Shown here: positions 1-11,185 of the stretch, piece by piece
Layout of the letters: every line of letters starts with the position of its first letter
How positions within the stretch are numbered: the first letter of the stretch is position 1
Assembly: GCA_963695545.1 (NCBI GenBank)
Contig: OY968796.1
Location: 832,001-896,000 of the forward strand
Source of the DNA: Terriglobia bacterium
Lineage (GTDB): Bacteria; Acidobacteriota; Terriglobia; Acidiferrales; UBA7541
Length of the DNA stretch: 64,000 nt
Reading direction: 5' to 3'
The notes under the pieces: model-generated
What the model was told of the DNA's origin: nothing
Databases searched by the model: none
The model's input: only the letters and a program-made list of their open reading frames with translations
Translations under genes and position numbers: made by a program

Positions 1-681
1 CGCCAGCTCCGTGCGAAAACCGTGCAGAGCCACGATCGCGACGTGCACAATAAAGAATAGGATGAACGCGCAAAGAGCCAGGAAATGCAGGCTGCGCGCC
101 CCCTGGCGCCCGCGAAAGATTTTGATATACCACGGGAAACGCGCGGCGACGGCTGGAGACATGGCGATGCCCGTGGCGATACTGAACGGTGCGAGCAGAA
201 ATATTACCGCCGCATAACTCAACTGCTGCAAAGCGTTGTAGCCTCCCGGCGTCTCCACGATGTGGAAGCTCAGATACGTGAGCGCCGCGTGCCACGCGGC
301 CGGGACAATCTGCCAGGAGGTGGGAATCAGCCGCCGCCACTCCGGCGTGACGAACAGCATCACGATGTACGTCAAACCCGTCAGCAGCCACGCGAAATCC
401 GCGAGAAAGTGCCAGTGCCGACCGAGACCCAAATTTTCGTGGCCGGGCAGGGCAATCGCGGATGGGAAGGAGGTTTCCTCATCACTCGCGGTCCAGAGCC
501 GGTCCGGCGGCCGCTGCTTCTTCGTGAACTTGAGCCATTCGCTGCCGGGCGCGCAGTGATCGTTCCAATAAAGCCTGGGATGTGCGCTTAAAATCTCGAG
601 ACCGCTGCGAACGAGAAGGGACAGAAGAAGAAAATTGAAGAAGTGCGCCGCGCGTAACCACAATGGGTAATCAAGAGACAT
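1..681 (-). CDS. Cytochrome b-type membrane domain, probable N-terminus of a molybdopterin-dependent (MsrP/sulfite oxidase-like) oxidoreductase; partial, runs off the left edge
   Basis: Not in the ORF track because it has no stop in the window. Manual translation from ATG 681 gives MSLDYPLWLRAAHFFNFLLL...HPRLYWN...GRHWHF...YNALQQLSY...ARSLHFL...FFIVHV, with hydrophobic helices and His positions typical of di-heme cytochrome b. Confidence 0.75.
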   Translation of the reverse strand, partial: MSLDYPLWLRAAHFFNFLLLSLLVRSGLEILSAHPRLYWNDHCAPGSEWLKFTKKQRPPDRLWTASDEETSFPSAIALPGHENLGLGRHWHFLADFAWLLTGLTYIVMLFVTPEWRRLIPTSWQIVPAAWHAALTYLSFHIVETPGGYNALQQLSYAAVIFLLAPFSIATGIAMSPAVAARFPWYIKIFRGRQGARSLHFLALCAFILFFIVHVAIVALHGFRTELA

Positions 682-695
682 GGTTCATGGCATTC

Positions 696-1289
696 TTAAA
701 CTCTGGCTTCTCGTTTTTTTTTGCGCAGCTTCCCTCGAGAAGCGTCGGGGGCGATGCGTCCGCGAACAGGATTTTCATCGGGGTACGAGATGCGGCAACC
801 TTGGACGCGCGCGAACGGAGTGAGCGAGTGAACGCGGGAAGCATTCACGCTCATAATGTCGTCAACCTCGATCCCGCGCACAGTCAACGCATCGGCGATG
901 AGCGAACGATGGCAACGCCACGGAACCGCTTCCGCGCACATGATCGCGCTCTTCTTTTGCCCGGCCAATTTGATCAATCGATCCAAGCCCGCTTCGAATT
1001 CCGGAGTCTGCATATAATCGGCGAAGCCACGAAATGAGGCATTGCGCCAGCCCATGTTCGGCGAATCGCGCTTTGCACCGCGCAAGCCGCCGAGCTTTCG
1101 CAAATGCACGTAGCCGATTCGCGCGGCGCGCAGTTTTTTCGACAAGGTCTCGCGATTGAATTGCGGATTGTGTCTAGATCGGGGGATACCGCGTACGTCG
1201 ATGACGCGCTTGACGCGATGCGCCCGAAGAAGATCGAGAAAATCCCGCCAGGTCCGCGACGAATGCCCAACCGTCAAGATCGTGCGCAT
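696..1289 (-). CDS. DUF488 family protein
   Basis: ILTVGHS, DVRxxPxSR, LGG and MCAEAVPWRCHRSLIAD motifs; start trimmed to ATG 1289. Confidence 0.9.
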   Translation of the reverse strand: MRTILTVGHSSRTWRDFLDLLRAHRVKRVIDVRGIPRSRHNPQFNRETLSKKLRAARIGYVHLRKLGGLRGAKRDSPNMGWRNASFRGFADYMQTPEFEAGLDRLIKLAGQKKSAIMCAEAVPWRCHRSLIADALTVRGIEVDDIMSVNASRVHSLTPFARVQGCRISYPDENPVRGRIAPDASRGKLRKKKREARV

Positions 1290-1335
1290 CCCGCTCGTTA
1301 CCTTTCTCGCGACGGGTGCGGTGCCGCCCCGCGGT

Positions 1336-1557
1336 TCAAAGCTGAGCGATCGCCCGCTTACCACGTTCTGTCAGCGCGTAAAAGTCGCCACCACACTCGG
1401 CCAGCATGCCCGTGCGCGTCAATTCGTCTATGGCGTCGAGCACTTCACGCCGCGCGGCTGGTTCATTGCCTGCCGCCTCGAATAGCGAGTGCAGATCCAG
1501 CCGATCTTTCGCCATTTCTCCGAATAGCCGCAGAACACGCAAAGAGAGTGGCTCCAT
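1336..1557 (-). CDS. Small hypothetical protein, possible winged-helix fold
   Basis: 73 aa with protein-like composition; C-terminal YALTERGK resembles a wHTH wing; co-oriented with neighbours. Confidence 0.55.
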   Translation of the reverse strand: MEPLSLRVLRLFGEMAKDRLDLHSLFEAAGNEPAARREVLDAIDELTRTGMLAECGGDFYALTERGKRAIAQL

Positions 1558-1680
1558 TGTGAACCTCGCCGGGATACCTGCCCATGATCGCGCCTTCTAC
1601 CGCTCCGCCAAAGTGCAGTGTTCGCGGTGAGCGCAAGAAAGCCAGAGAAAGTGTACGGAATCCGGATCCGCCAACACCCG

Positions 1681-2151
1681 CTACTTCCGTTTATCGCGGG
1701 GAATCTTCTTCGCGCGCGCCTTCGCCTTCACAATCTTCGTTTCCTCCGGCCATGAGAGCGTCAGCAGAAAGGCACTGTCTTCGGAGGCCTCGACGTCGTG
1801 CGGCACGCAATGATCGAGGGCGAGCAAGCGACCGGCCGGAAGATCCACAACCTGCTCTGGCATATGGAGCCGGATACGTCCGTAAAGCGAATGCACCGAG
1901 ATTCTGCCTGCCGCCGTGTGCTCATGCATACGCGTATTGGCCTTCATAGCGATCAGCACGATGCGGAGATCCGGATATTTTACGAGCGTCTTCGAACTTC
2001 GCCCCGCGGGTTGCAGCCATGATTCATCCCGGTGCAGCTCGTCGAGTTCGCTGGCTAGGCTGAATTGGAGCACCGATCCACTCAGGGTCCCATCAATTGC
2101 CTCGTGCCCAACGGAGCGCTGCGGCGATTCTTTTCTCTTCGGTTGTGCCAT
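1681..2151 (-). CDS. Cupin domain protein
   Basis: MHEHTAAGRISVH...PHDVEASEDSAFLLTL cupin signature; AGAAAGGA RBS upstream. Confidence 0.85.
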   Translation of the reverse strand: MAQPKRKESPQRSVGHEAIDGTLSGSVLQFSLASELDELHRDESWLQPAGRSSKTLVKYPDLRIVLIAMKANTRMHEHTAAGRISVHSLYGRIRLHMPEQVVDLPAGRLLALDHCVPHDVEASEDSAFLLTLSWPEETKIVKAKARAKKIPRDKRK

Positions 2152-2515
2152 GGCGGTTTTCCTTTCTCTTCATCCTGCTCAGATGAGTTGAGTGCGGAGC
2201 GGCTTGACCCCCAAAGCCTCAGGCGAACAAACCAGGAACACACGGTTCCGGGTTTTTGCCGCCGTCATTTCTTGCTTCCGAGCTTCGGGTCGACGGTGAG
2301 CGATCCGGATTCCGGCGGCGCTAAATACACCCCGGCTGAGACGTTATCTTAGATACTGGGGAAAAGTGTTTCCGTGCAGAAAGGAACACATTTCAGCGCG
2401 GGTCCCAGACTCGCAACAGCAGCTGCGGATGGCGTTTGGAGGCGGCGGGGTGTATGGTGTCGGCGAATCGAGGATTGGCAATGAAAATTCTCGCCGAAAT
2501 ATTTGGGAGATCAAA

Positions 2516-2773
2516 ATGAAAAAGCCCTGGCTGGCCGCGCTGCTCAGCTTCCTGATCGTTGGCTTGGGACTCGGTTACTTAGGAAAGTGGGGATGGGCCG
2601 CGCTTAATTTCTTCGGCGTGATCGCCGCGGCGCTGATCGTAAACCGTTTCAGTCCCGATTCGCTGAGCTGGATTGGGCCCGCATTGGGCGCCGCGAGCGC
2701 GAGCATTGCGTTCCAGGCGGCCAAAGCGATGAATCAAAGAGCTCTGGTGCAAGCCGCGCCGCAGCAGTCCTAG
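2516..2773 (+). CDS. Small membrane protein
   Basis: GGGAGA RBS before ATG 2516; KKPWLAALLSFLIVGLGLGYLG N-terminus and three hydrophobic segments. Confidence 0.7.
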   Translation: MKKPWLAALLSFLIVGLGLGYLGKWGWAALNFFGVIAAALIVNRFSPDSLSWIGPALGAASASIAFQAAKAMNQRALVQAAPQQS

Positions 2774-2884
2774 CGATAGCGCGTCCGTGCGGTGAGGCGA
2801 CGGATGCATGCGGACGACTTCGCTGGAAGAGCGGCACCAACGCTGTCCGAAACCGATTTCAGCCGATTCCCCCAGGAGGACACA

Positions 2885-4447
2885 GTGATTCGCGACCATC
2901 GAGGGCACGAGATCGCGCTATTGGCGTGCGCAGTGGTGCTGGGCATGGGCAGCCATGCGGCGGCGCAGGTGCGCACGGCTTCGGGCTTGCTGGAGGGCGC
3001 GACAAGCGCGGACGGGAAAGTGCGAATCTTCAAAGGCATTCCATTCGCGGCGCCGCCGGTGGGCGAGCTGCGCTGGAGGGCGCCGCAACCTGTTGCGGCG
3101 TGGACGGGGGTAAGAAAGGCCACGGAATTCGGCGCGCGCTGCATGCAGGGCAATATTTTCCCCGACATGGTTTTTCGCGATAGCGGCCCGAGCGAAGACT
3201 GTTTGTATCTGAACGTGTGGACTCCGGCGAATTCCGCCGCGGCGCGATTGCCGGTGATGGTGTGGATCTTTGGTGGAGGATTCGCCGCCGGTTCGACATC
3301 CGAGCCACGGCAGGACGGCGAAGTGCTCGCGAAAAAAGGAGTGGTAATCGTGAGCATGAATTATCGCCTGGGGATATTTGGATTTTTCGCGCATCCCGGG
3401 CTCACAAAGGAATCTGGGCACAACGCGTCGGGCAATTACGGATTGCTGGACCAGGTGGCGGCGCTCGAGTGGGTGCAGGCGAATATTGCGGCGTTTGGCG
3501 GCGATCCGCGCAACGTGACGATCTTCGGTGAATCGGCGGGATCTTTTTCGGTGAGCGCGCTGATGGCCTCGCCGCTATCGCGCGATCTGTTCGAGCGCGC
3601 GATCGGCGAAAGCGGCGCGTTCCTGGGCAAGACGCCGGTGGCGAAATCACTCGCTGACTCAGAAGCGGACGGAGAGAAATTTGGCGAGTCGATTGGGGCG
3701 AAGTCCCTGGACGCGCTGCGCGCCGTTCCGGCCGCCGATATTCTGGCCACCGCAATGAAGGAAACCGATTTCCGCTCCTGGCCGAATGTGGACGGATACT
3801 TTTTTCCGGAAGATCCCCACGCGATCTACGCGAGCGGAGAGCAGAGCCACGTGCCTCTGCTGGCGGGATGGAACCGGGATGAAGCCGCCTACACCGCCAT
3901 TTTCGGGAATGCCGATCCGACCGCGGCGAACTTCATCGCGCGCGCGCACGAGATCTATGGCGACGACGCCGACGCGTTGCTGAAACTTTATCCCGCGGCC
4001 ACGGATGCACAGGCCGTGCGATCCGCGCAGGATCTCGCGACCGACCGGTTCATCGCATTCGGCACATGGAAATGGATCGATATGCAGCTCGCCACGGGCG
4101 GATCCACTGTGTATCGCTATGAATTCGACGACGCGCTGCCGCAACCCGCGGGCGTGGCGTCACGCGGGGCGTACCACTCGTCGGAAATCGAGTTCGTCTT
4201 TGAAGCGCTGCCATCGAAAAATCTGCCGTGGCGGCCGGACGACGAAAAGCTATCGGATTTGATGTCAACGTACTGGACGAACTTCGCGAAGACCGGCGAT
4301 CCGAACGGCGCTGGATTGCCGGAGTGGCCCGCGTATGCTGCGGCGACGCAATTTCAAGTGATGCATCTCAGCTTCGATTCTCACGCGGAACCCGACGCTC
4401 ACCGGGCGCGATACGAATTCCTCGATGGATTGCCGCCCGGCAAATAA
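2885..4447 (+). CDS. Type-B carboxylesterase/lipase, secreted
   Basis: [26 protein letters not shown] nucleophile elbow, YHSSEI; AGGAGG RBS before GTG 2885; signal-peptide-like N-terminus. Confidence 0.93.
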   Translation: MIRDHRGHEIALLACAVVLGMGSHAAAQVRTASGLLEGATSADGKVRIFKGIPFAAPPVGELRWRAPQPVAAWTGVRKATEFGARCMQGNIFPDMVFRDSGPSEDCLYLNVWTPANSAAARLPVMVWIFGGGFAAGSTSEPRQDGEVLAKKGVVIVSMNYRLGIFGFFAHPGLTKESGHNASGNYGLLDQVAALEWVQANIAAFGGDPRNVTIFGESAGSFSVSALMASPLSRDLFERAIGESGAFLGKTPVAKSLADSEADGEKFGESIGAKSLDALRAVPAADILATAMKETDFRSWPNVDGYFFPEDPHAIYASGEQSHVPLLAGWNRDEAAYTAIFGNADPTAANFIARAHEIYGDDADALLKLYPAATDAQAVRSAQDLATDRFIAFGTWKWIDMQLATGGSTVYRYEFDDALPQPAGVASRGAYHSSEIEFVFEALPSKNLPWRPDDEKLSDLMSTYWTNFAKTGDPNGAGLPEWPAYAAATQFQVMHLSFDSHAEPDAHRARYEFLDGLPPGK

Positions 4448-4512
4448 ATTCGCGAAAGCTTGGCATGGGCCTGTCCGAGAAACGGTGTAATGACCGTCGA
4501 GGCTAACGCAAA

Positions 4513-6252
4513 TCAACCGAAGGTGAACGCGAAGGCTTGCACGCCGGGATCCAAGAACTCGATCTGGAATGTGCGATCTTCGACTTTGCCTTTTTGGCGG
4601 ATCAATTGGTAGAGGCGATACTCATTCACGACGCCGTTGCCCTGAGCATCGACATCCATTCCGTGGTCATCGAGCGGCGCAGCGCCATCGAGCAGCACGC
4701 GGAAACGGACGGGCCGGCCGTGCGGCCCGGGCCCCAGCACAAGATGCAAATCACGCGCGTGAAATCGAAAGATGATTTTGCCGGGCGCCGAGACGAGCAC
4801 GGCCCGCTCGCCGCCAACATTCCACGTGCCGGCCAGAGCCCAATCGTTCACATCGAGGCGGCCGGGAGCGGTATAGGCCTGCGGCGCATCTTGCTTGATC
4901 GGCTGCGGAGAAACATAGTTTTGCTGGCGCTCGTAGCCGACGTAGGTTTCCGGCGATTGAACGTCTTCGGCGTCTGAGGCGGCTTGCACGCCCGACGCGC
5001 TCACCTGAACTGTGCCGCTCACGTTCAGATTCGCATTCTTCTCTTTCAGCAATTCCTGGATGACTTGCTCGGACTTGTCATATTCGCCTTCACCGAAGTG
5101 GTGGTAGCGGATAATTCCGTGGGCGTCGATGAAATAGTGCGCGGGCCAGTATTCGTTGTTGAAGGCTTTCCAGATCGCGTAATTGCTGTCGATCGCGACC
5201 GGATAGGTGATCTTCAGTTCGCGCACGGCGTTCGCAATGTTTGATTGATCTTTTTCAAAGGCAAATTCCGGCGTGTGCACGCCGATCACCACGAGCCCGT
5301 CGTTCTTGTATTTCTCGGACCAGGCTTCCACATAAGGAATCGTGCGGAGGCAATTGATGCACGAGTAGGTCCAGAAGTCGATGAGCACGACCTTGCCTCG
5401 CAATTCTTCGCGCGTCAGTGGCGGAGAATTAAGCCAGGCGACCGCGCCATCCAGGCTCGGCATCGAGCCCTCATTGTCGAGTTGAACTTGGGCCGATTGA
5501 TCCGCGGCGGGGGAAATCTTCTCCGCGGCGTATGCGGCGGGGCGGAAGCGATCGACCAAGCGCTGCTCGAGACCGGAGGTGCCCGCAAGCGATACGCGCT
5601 GCAGAACTCCCGTATCCCAGCCGAACGCGATGGCAACCACGCCCACCAGAACGGCCACGCCCAATCCGCGGCGAATCCACTCCTCCGCGCCGAGGGATCG
5701 CTTCATCAGCGCGAATACTTTTTTACCGGCGAGCAGCGCCACGGCCAGCGAGCAGCCGGCACCCGCGGCAAACGCAAGGAGCAGGAACGCGGTGTGCGCG
5801 CTGGCTCCTTCAACAGCCGCGCCCGTGAGAATCAGCCCGAGGATTGGTCCGGCGCACGGAGCCCAAAGCAGACCGGTGGACACGCCGAGCAGCAGGGACT
5901 TTCCGATGCTTGGCGCTTCATTGGACTGGCCCTGCACGCGCCCGCCCAGCTGCACGAATGGCCGGGACAAAAATTCGGCGAGTGCGGGGAACAGCAGCGC
6001 GAGCCCGAGCACGCCAAAAATGACCATCGCTAAAATTCGGCCAATCTGATTCGCGCGAACCACCCATGCGCCTGCGACCGTGGCAACCGCCGCGACAAGC
6101 GCGAAGGTAATCGCCATGCCGGCCAGTAGAGGCAAGCCGCTGCGCCGGAACGGTTGGTCCGCGCGCGAGAAAACGAACGGCAAGACCGGCAAGATGCACG
6201 GGCTGACGATTGTAAGTACGCCGCCGACGAACGCGAGCAAGTACAAGAGCAT
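4513..6252 (-). CDS. dipZ: DipZ: CcdA membrane domain, thioredoxin domain and C-terminal domain
   Basis: SPCILP and WAPCAGP (CcdA), WTYSCINC (thioredoxin), C-terminal AFAFTFG. Confidence 0.92.
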   Translation of the reverse strand: MLLYLLAFVGGVLTIVSPCILPVLPFVFSRADQPFRRSGLPLLAGMAITFALVAAVATVAGAWVVRANQIGRILAMVIFGVLGLALLFPALAEFLSRPFVQLGGRVQGQSNEAPSIGKSLLLGVSTGLLWAPCAGPILGLILTGAAVEGASAHTAFLLLAFAAGAGCSLAVALLAGKKVFALMKRSLGAEEWIRRGLGVAVLVGVVAIAFGWDTGVLQRVSLAGTSGLEQRLVDRFRPAAYAAEKISPAADQSAQVQLDNEGSMPSLDGAVAWLNSPPLTREELRGKVVLIDFWTYSCINCLRTIPYVEAWSEKYKNDGLVVIGVHTPEFAFEKDQSNIANAVRELKITYPVAIDSNYAIWKAFNNEYWPAHYFIDAHGIIRYHHFGEGEYDKSEQVIQELLKEKNANLNVSGTVQVSASGVQAASDAEDVQSPETYVGYERQQNYVSPQPIKQDAPQAYTAPGRLDVNDWALAGTWNVGGERAVLVSAPGKIIFRFHARDLHLVLGPGPHGRPVRFRVLLDGAAPLDDHGMDVDAQGNGVVNEYRLYQLIRQKGKVEDRTFQIEFLDPGVQAFAFTFG

Positions 6253-6554
6253 GCAGCCATTCTCCTCTTTATTCGATACCATGCGAACGCGTAAGGTTTC
6301 GACTCGCGGAGTGCCACGCTGACGCCAATTCAACGCCCCAATCGGCGCAATCTAACTTATCCGTCCAACTTATACTACGGAGGATTTTTCTGCCTGGATT
6401 TATCGCCAAGAGGTGGATCGCAACGGGTGGAGTATTTGCCGATGTGGCGCGCTCAATCGCGGTGAGCCGCATCGCCAATCGAGAGAAAGTATACCGGTGC
6501 AGAAATGGCTCGCCGCTGGGCACGTTGTCGATGCGCGCGCCACCTGCGCACGGT

Positions 6555-7364
6555 TCATCGATGCAGAGTGATGCCGCGACCGAGAACGAAAATGAAAACG
6601 AGGGACATCGCGGTGGCCACCACGATCCACGCGTAGCTTCGAGAGATGGCCGCGGGCTCGCGCTGGGGCGCGGTTTTCTTGGGAATGTAATAGCGGAGCC
6701 AGAGAAGACCGGAATCGGCGCCGGCGGCGCCGGGCAGCGCGGACTCAAAGAATAATCGCAGTCCAAGCGGATTCAAGAGGCCCCCGGCGGAGAGAAGGAA
6801 TACCGCCGAAAAGTAAGGAATGTAGAGGAGTTTGGTGAGCCGGCGCGGTTGGCTCAGCGGAACGCCGACGTACCTTACGAGCGCGGTGCCCACGAGCAGT
6901 ACGGCGCCGGAATAGGTGACGATTCCGACGACGACTAGCAGCGTCTGCCAGAGCCAATGTGGGTGCATGGGGGCAATCACGTCTGCCCAGTCGCCGAAAT
7001 TGGTAACGCCGGAAAACAGGAAATATCCGGTCGCGCCGAAGAGGTTGAACGCCATGCCCGTGAGCAGAAAATAACGCAGGCGCATCGACGCGCGCTTTGC
7101 GCCGCTCAACGCCAGCCATAAAACAATTCCCAAGGCCAAATTCACGAGCGGTCCGCCGGCGGCGACGAGACGTAAGTCATACGCGCTGTTCCACGCGACG
7201 GTCGAGAGCACGCCGGATTGCGCGCCGGTCAGCAGGGCGACGCCGCCGTGCCCGAGTCCTTCGTGCAAAACATTCGCGAGGATCGCGGAGATGAGGCTGA
7301 TGGCGCAGAGCGTCAGCAGGTCGTCGTTCATCGGCACCGAAGTTGTGCTCGCAGCCGCAGCCAT
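6555..7364 (-). CDS. Integral membrane protein, peptidase M50-like
   Basis: LHEGLGH and AAGGPLVN motifs with multiple transmembrane helices. Confidence 0.65.
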   Translation of the reverse strand: MAAAASTTSVPMNDDLLTLCAISLISAILANVLHEGLGHGGVALLTGAQSGVLSTVAWNSAYDLRLVAAGGPLVNLALGIVLWLALSGAKRASMRLRYFLLTGMAFNLFGATGYFLFSGVTNFGDWADVIAPMHPHWLWQTLLVVVGIVTYSGAVLLVGTALVRYVGVPLSQPRRLTKLLYIPYFSAVFLLSAGGLLNPLGLRLFFESALPGAAGADSGLLWLRYYIPKKTAPQREPAAISRSYAWIVVATAMSLVFIFVLGRGITLHR

Positions 7365-7426
7365 ATTCGCGCCCCCCAAACCTTGCGGTTAGGGCGACAT
7401 TCTACTCAAAAATTTGACCTGGAAAC

Positions 7427-8479
7427 CTACTGCCTGCCTTCGAGCGTGTTCTTGATGTTCGCGAGTTGGTCTTCGAGATTTGAGACCGAGCGGTCTACGG
7501 CGAGGTGGCGAATGATGGTGCCTTTGACGCCGGTCAGTCCGGCTTGCTCGGAGCCCATAGCCACGATCAGATAAAAACCGGGATGCGCAGGGTCTTGCCC
7601 GTCGCGGACGCAGAAGCTGAGGTCGAGCGCGGTCTCGAAATAGTGGCTGGAATAAAGCTGCTTTTCGGCGATGGCGTAGGCGAGATCGTCGCCGGGCTTT
7701 CCGCGCAGCGAGACGACCTGCACGACGCGCAGCGTGGGTTTCAATCCGAATGTCACATTCGACCAGTAGAACATGTTTTCGACGCCGGCGGGCCTGGCGT
7801 TGGGATAGGAGAGCAGGTAGTGGTAAAAGGCCGGCAAGCGCTCCGGGAAAACCTTGAGATAGCTGAGTATGTAGGCGAATTGGTCAGGCACCACAGTCGG
7901 ATCGGGGTGATCGTTGTAAACGCCCAGGACCTGATTCCCTTCGCGCTGATAGTTCAGCACGTGAGCGAGCATGGTTTTCTGCAAGAACTGATTCACTTGC
8001 GCGTCCGTGTCAGAGGCGGACCAATCGATGGATCGTTGCAGCTCTTCGATGGTGCTGGCCGGCATCTGAATCGCGCAGTCGCCGGGCTGGCATTTCCTGA
8101 GCGCTTGAACGTCATCGTCGTCGAAGGAGAAATTCTTAAAGTCGGAAAGCTGCGGAGGATTGCTGAGCACCTCGAGCGCCGCAGTGTAAGGGAGCGCGCG
8201 CAGGCGATTGACGTCGCGAGCGAAATTGTAATACGCCTCGGGAGCGGCGTTGACATAGACGGCGGCAAACAAGAACACTTCCGACGGCGCGCGGGATGGC
8301 AGGGCCTTGGCGACGGGGCGCCCGCTACGGATGGCGGCGATCTGGTCGTCAGCTAAGCCGATGTCTTGGCGAAAGAATGTCTGCAAGTCGGGAGGATCCG
8401 ACTGGGAAAACGCAGGCGCGGCGGCCGCAAACATCGAGAGCAACAAAGCGGCTGCGGCAATCATACTTCGCGTGTGCAC
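7427..8479 (-). CDS. Secreted hypothetical protein
   Basis: GGGAGG RBS before GTG 8479; signal peptide (AAAALLLSMFAAAAPAFSQ); long globular ORF. Confidence 0.75.
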   Translation of the reverse strand: MHTRSMIAAAALLLSMFAAAAPAFSQSDPPDLQTFFRQDIGLADDQIAAIRSGRPVAKALPSRAPSEVFLFAAVYVNAAPEAYYNFARDVNRLRALPYTAALEVLSNPPQLSDFKNFSFDDDDVQALRKCQPGDCAIQMPASTIEELQRSIDWSASDTDAQVNQFLQKTMLAHVLNYQREGNQVLGVYNDHPDPTVVPDQFAYILSYLKVFPERLPAFYHYLLSYPNARPAGVENMFYWSNVTFGLKPTLRVVQVVSLRGKPGDDLAYAIAEKQLYSSHYFETALDLSFCVRDGQDPAHPGFYLIVAMGSEQAGLTGVKGTIIRHLAVDRSVSNLEDQLANIKNTLEGRQ

Positions 8480-8958
8480 AACTTTCCTCCCGGTGCTTTT
8501 TACTGCATCGCTTACGGTGCGTCCTTTGCCGTGGCGAGCTCTAGAGAGCCCGCACGCGGTAGAGCCCGCACTCGTTTGAAAATGGTGGTTATGTTTCCGA
8601 TTCGGCGAGGCCCGGGGAGCGTTCACTGGGCCGCGCGGCGGGCACTGCAGAATGAGACCGCCAGCGTGGCCGTCGAGATGCGTCCGATTGTGAGATCAGG
8701 TCGCCCTTGCTGATCGTCTCCGTTCCGAAGAACAAGAACACATATCAGATTCGCGGCAAGGCCGCAAATGCGCATCGCCGGCGTCGCATCCCCGGCGGCG
8801 TGGACTCGGCGCACCGGAATGTGCAGTGGCCGCGGGACGAACGGAAATCGGCCGCGGGAAGCGGCAATTCGGCTGGAAAGGCTCTCTTCAAGAATGTTCT
8901 AAAAAGCACAGTTCTGCTTCGCCCGATCTGAGGTACAATCCATCCAACACCGGGGTGG

Positions 8959-9909
8959 ATGTCGGAGTTCGGTTTCCGCCTCTGGGCACTCCAAGGGTCA
9001 GTTTTGCCAAAAATTAGCGCTGTCGTAATTGCGTTCAATGAAGAATTGGACATTGCCCGAGCGCTGGCCTCCTTAGCTTGGTGCGATGAAGTGCTGGTCG
9101 TCGATTCGGGCAGCACGGACCGCACCGTCGAAGTGTGCGAGGCGTATGGATGCAATGTTCTGCATCGCACATTCACGGGCTACGGCGAACAAAAAGCCTG
9201 GGCCGTGACGCAGGCCGCGCACGATTGGATCCTCGCGCTCGACGCCGATGAAGAAGTTCCCGCCGCGCTGAAGGACGAAATCCTTTCCAAATTGGGACGC
9301 ACGGAAAATTGCAGCGGATATTACATTCCGATCACCACGGTGCTGTGGGATCAGGTCGTGCGCACGGGACGCCGGCACACAAAACCCAAGCTGCGGTTGT
9401 TCGATCGCAGGTTCGGGAATTTTCGCCGGCAACTAGTGCACGAATCGGTGGCTCTCGAAGGCCGCACCGAGCATCTGCGCGAGGCCATGTATAACTATTC
9501 CTACGCGAGCATCGCGGACTATTTCGACAAGTTCAACCGATATACGAGTCTGGCGGCACTCGAAAGTTTTCGGCCAAGCGAGCGCTCGAGTTTTCTGAAA
9601 GCCGTGGTCAGGCTGCCGCTCACATTCATTCAGTTTTATTTCCTGAAAGGTTTCATGTGGGACGGCTCGGCGGGTTTCACTTGGTCATTGTTTTCATCTT
9701 TGTATCCGGCCGTGAAGCAATTCAAATTATCGGAGTTTCATCGCGCCTACGCGCAGCAGCAACTTACCGACGGTTTTCTGGCGACATCTTCGCCGCGCCA
9801 CGCGCAGCGGGAACAACAGGGCGTTCGACACCGTGCAGATCCTCAATTGGCGGACGACTTGGTTGGCACGCGACAATTGCATTACGGCAAACGCGCCGAA
9901 CAAAGGTGA
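8959..9909 (+). CDS. Glycosyltransferase family 2 (WaaE/KdtX-like)
   Basis: ISAVVIAFNEE, VVDSGSTDRT, WILALDADE; start may instead be TTG 9004. Confidence 0.88.
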   Translation: MSEFGFRLWALQGSVLPKISAVVIAFNEELDIARALASLAWCDEVLVVDSGSTDRTVEVCEAYGCNVLHRTFTGYGEQKAWAVTQAAHDWILALDADEEVPAALKDEILSKLGRTENCSGYYIPITTVLWDQVVRTGRRHTKPKLRLFDRRFGNFRRQLVHESVALEGRTEHLREAMYNYSYASIADYFDKFNRYTSLAALESFRPSERSSFLKAVVRLPLTFIQFYFLKGFMWDGSAGFTWSLFSSLYPAVKQFKLSEFHRAYAQQQLTDGFLATSSPRHAQREQQGVRHRADPQLADDLVGTRQLHYGKRAEQR

Positions 9910-9990
9910 CACCGCGCGCGCGGCACGCCTCGGCCGCCGCACCGGCCTTGCTTCCAATGCGATAATTCTGATTAACTTCTTTCTCGCCGA

Positions 9991-10815
9991 GTGACTTCTT
10001 CTGAATTAATCTACGGCGGAATTGCGTGTCTCGTGATTTTGCTGTGGCTCGTTTATCGCTACGGCCTGTTTGTTCCCGCGCCGAAGGGTTTGCCAATCCT
10101 GCTCTATCACAAAGTCGCGGCGGATCGCGCCGACGCGTTGACCATTTCTACGGATTGCCTCGATCGCGAACTCGCATACATCAAATCGAGCGGCTATACG
10201 CCGATTTCATTTGCGGAACTCAGGGAATCGCTCGCCGGCCGCCGCTCCTTTCCCGCGAAACCGATCATTGTGACTTTTGACGACGGCTATCTGAGCACAT
10301 ATGAGCTCGCGTGCCCGCTGCTGGCGAAACACGGCGTGAAGGCCACCGTCTTCCTGCCCACCGCATTCATCGGAGGCGTGGCCGGCTGGGACGGCGCGAG
10401 CGAGCCGCTGGTGTCCTGGGAGACGATCTGCAAACTCGGCGCGGGCCAAATGGACGCACAACTCATCGAGTTCGGATTGCACTCGCATCGTCACGAAAGC
10501 TACGAACGATATTCAGCCGCGCAAATCGAAGCCGACTTGTCGCAATGTCTGCGCGCGCTCGAAGATTCCGGCTGTCGCTTCACGCGCGTATTCGCGTACG
10601 CTTACGGCCGTGTGCCGAAAGACGCCAGCGCCAATCGCGCCATGCGGGAATTCTTCAGGCAACACGAGATCGATTTCGCCGTGCGCATCGGCTCGCGAAT
10701 CAACGCGCTTCCGCCGAAAGATATTTACGAACTGAAACGCACGGCCATCCGCGGCACAGACAGTTTCTGGGAGTTCAAGACAAAATTGCGCAAAGGCCGG
10801 ATCAAACTCTTCTAG
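9991..10815 (+). CDS. Polysaccharide deacetylase (NodB/CE4), N-terminally anchored
   Basis: PILLYHKV, TFDDGY, HSHRH, FAYAYG. Confidence 0.9.
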   Translation: MTSSELIYGGIACLVILLWLVYRYGLFVPAPKGLPILLYHKVAADRADALTISTDCLDRELAYIKSSGYTPISFAELRESLAGRRSFPAKPIIVTFDDGYLSTYELACPLLAKHGVKATVFLPTAFIGGVAGWDGASEPLVSWETICKLGAGQMDAQLIEFGLHSHRHESYERYSAAQIEADLSQCLRALEDSGCRFTRVFAYAYGRVPKDASANRAMREFFRQHEIDFAVRIGSRINALPPKDIYELKRTAIRGTDSFWEFKTKLRKGRIKLF

Positions 10816-11185
10816 TCTGCGAATACTGCCTCGCCGGAGCGGCCGGCAGCTGCGCCTCGGCGTGCGTCTTGAACCAACAATCGTTTCCTGTGCGCGCATT
10901 TTCGCGTCGCGAAGGCGCGAATAAGTTCCAAAGTGGACAGACACGACCGCTTGAGTGGGTCTAAACTCAGAATTCCTATGGAAGCTCGGAAGGCTCTCGA
11001 CATCAGGTACCAGGGTGAGAAAATGGCCGAAATGAACACGGACAAATACGTAGCTGCTCCTCAACACGAGGTCGTCGACCAGGCGATTCCAACCCCAGAG
11101 GATGAAAAACGCGCGGCAAAAGATGTTTCGCGGACCAAACCCGCGCGGGGCAGGCTGCCTGCGCGCGCGTCGCGATCTTGCTGAT

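Noticed and set aside
713..722. T-run near the DUF488 3' end as a slippage site
   Set aside because: It encodes Lys codons in a variable tail and the frame closes normally.
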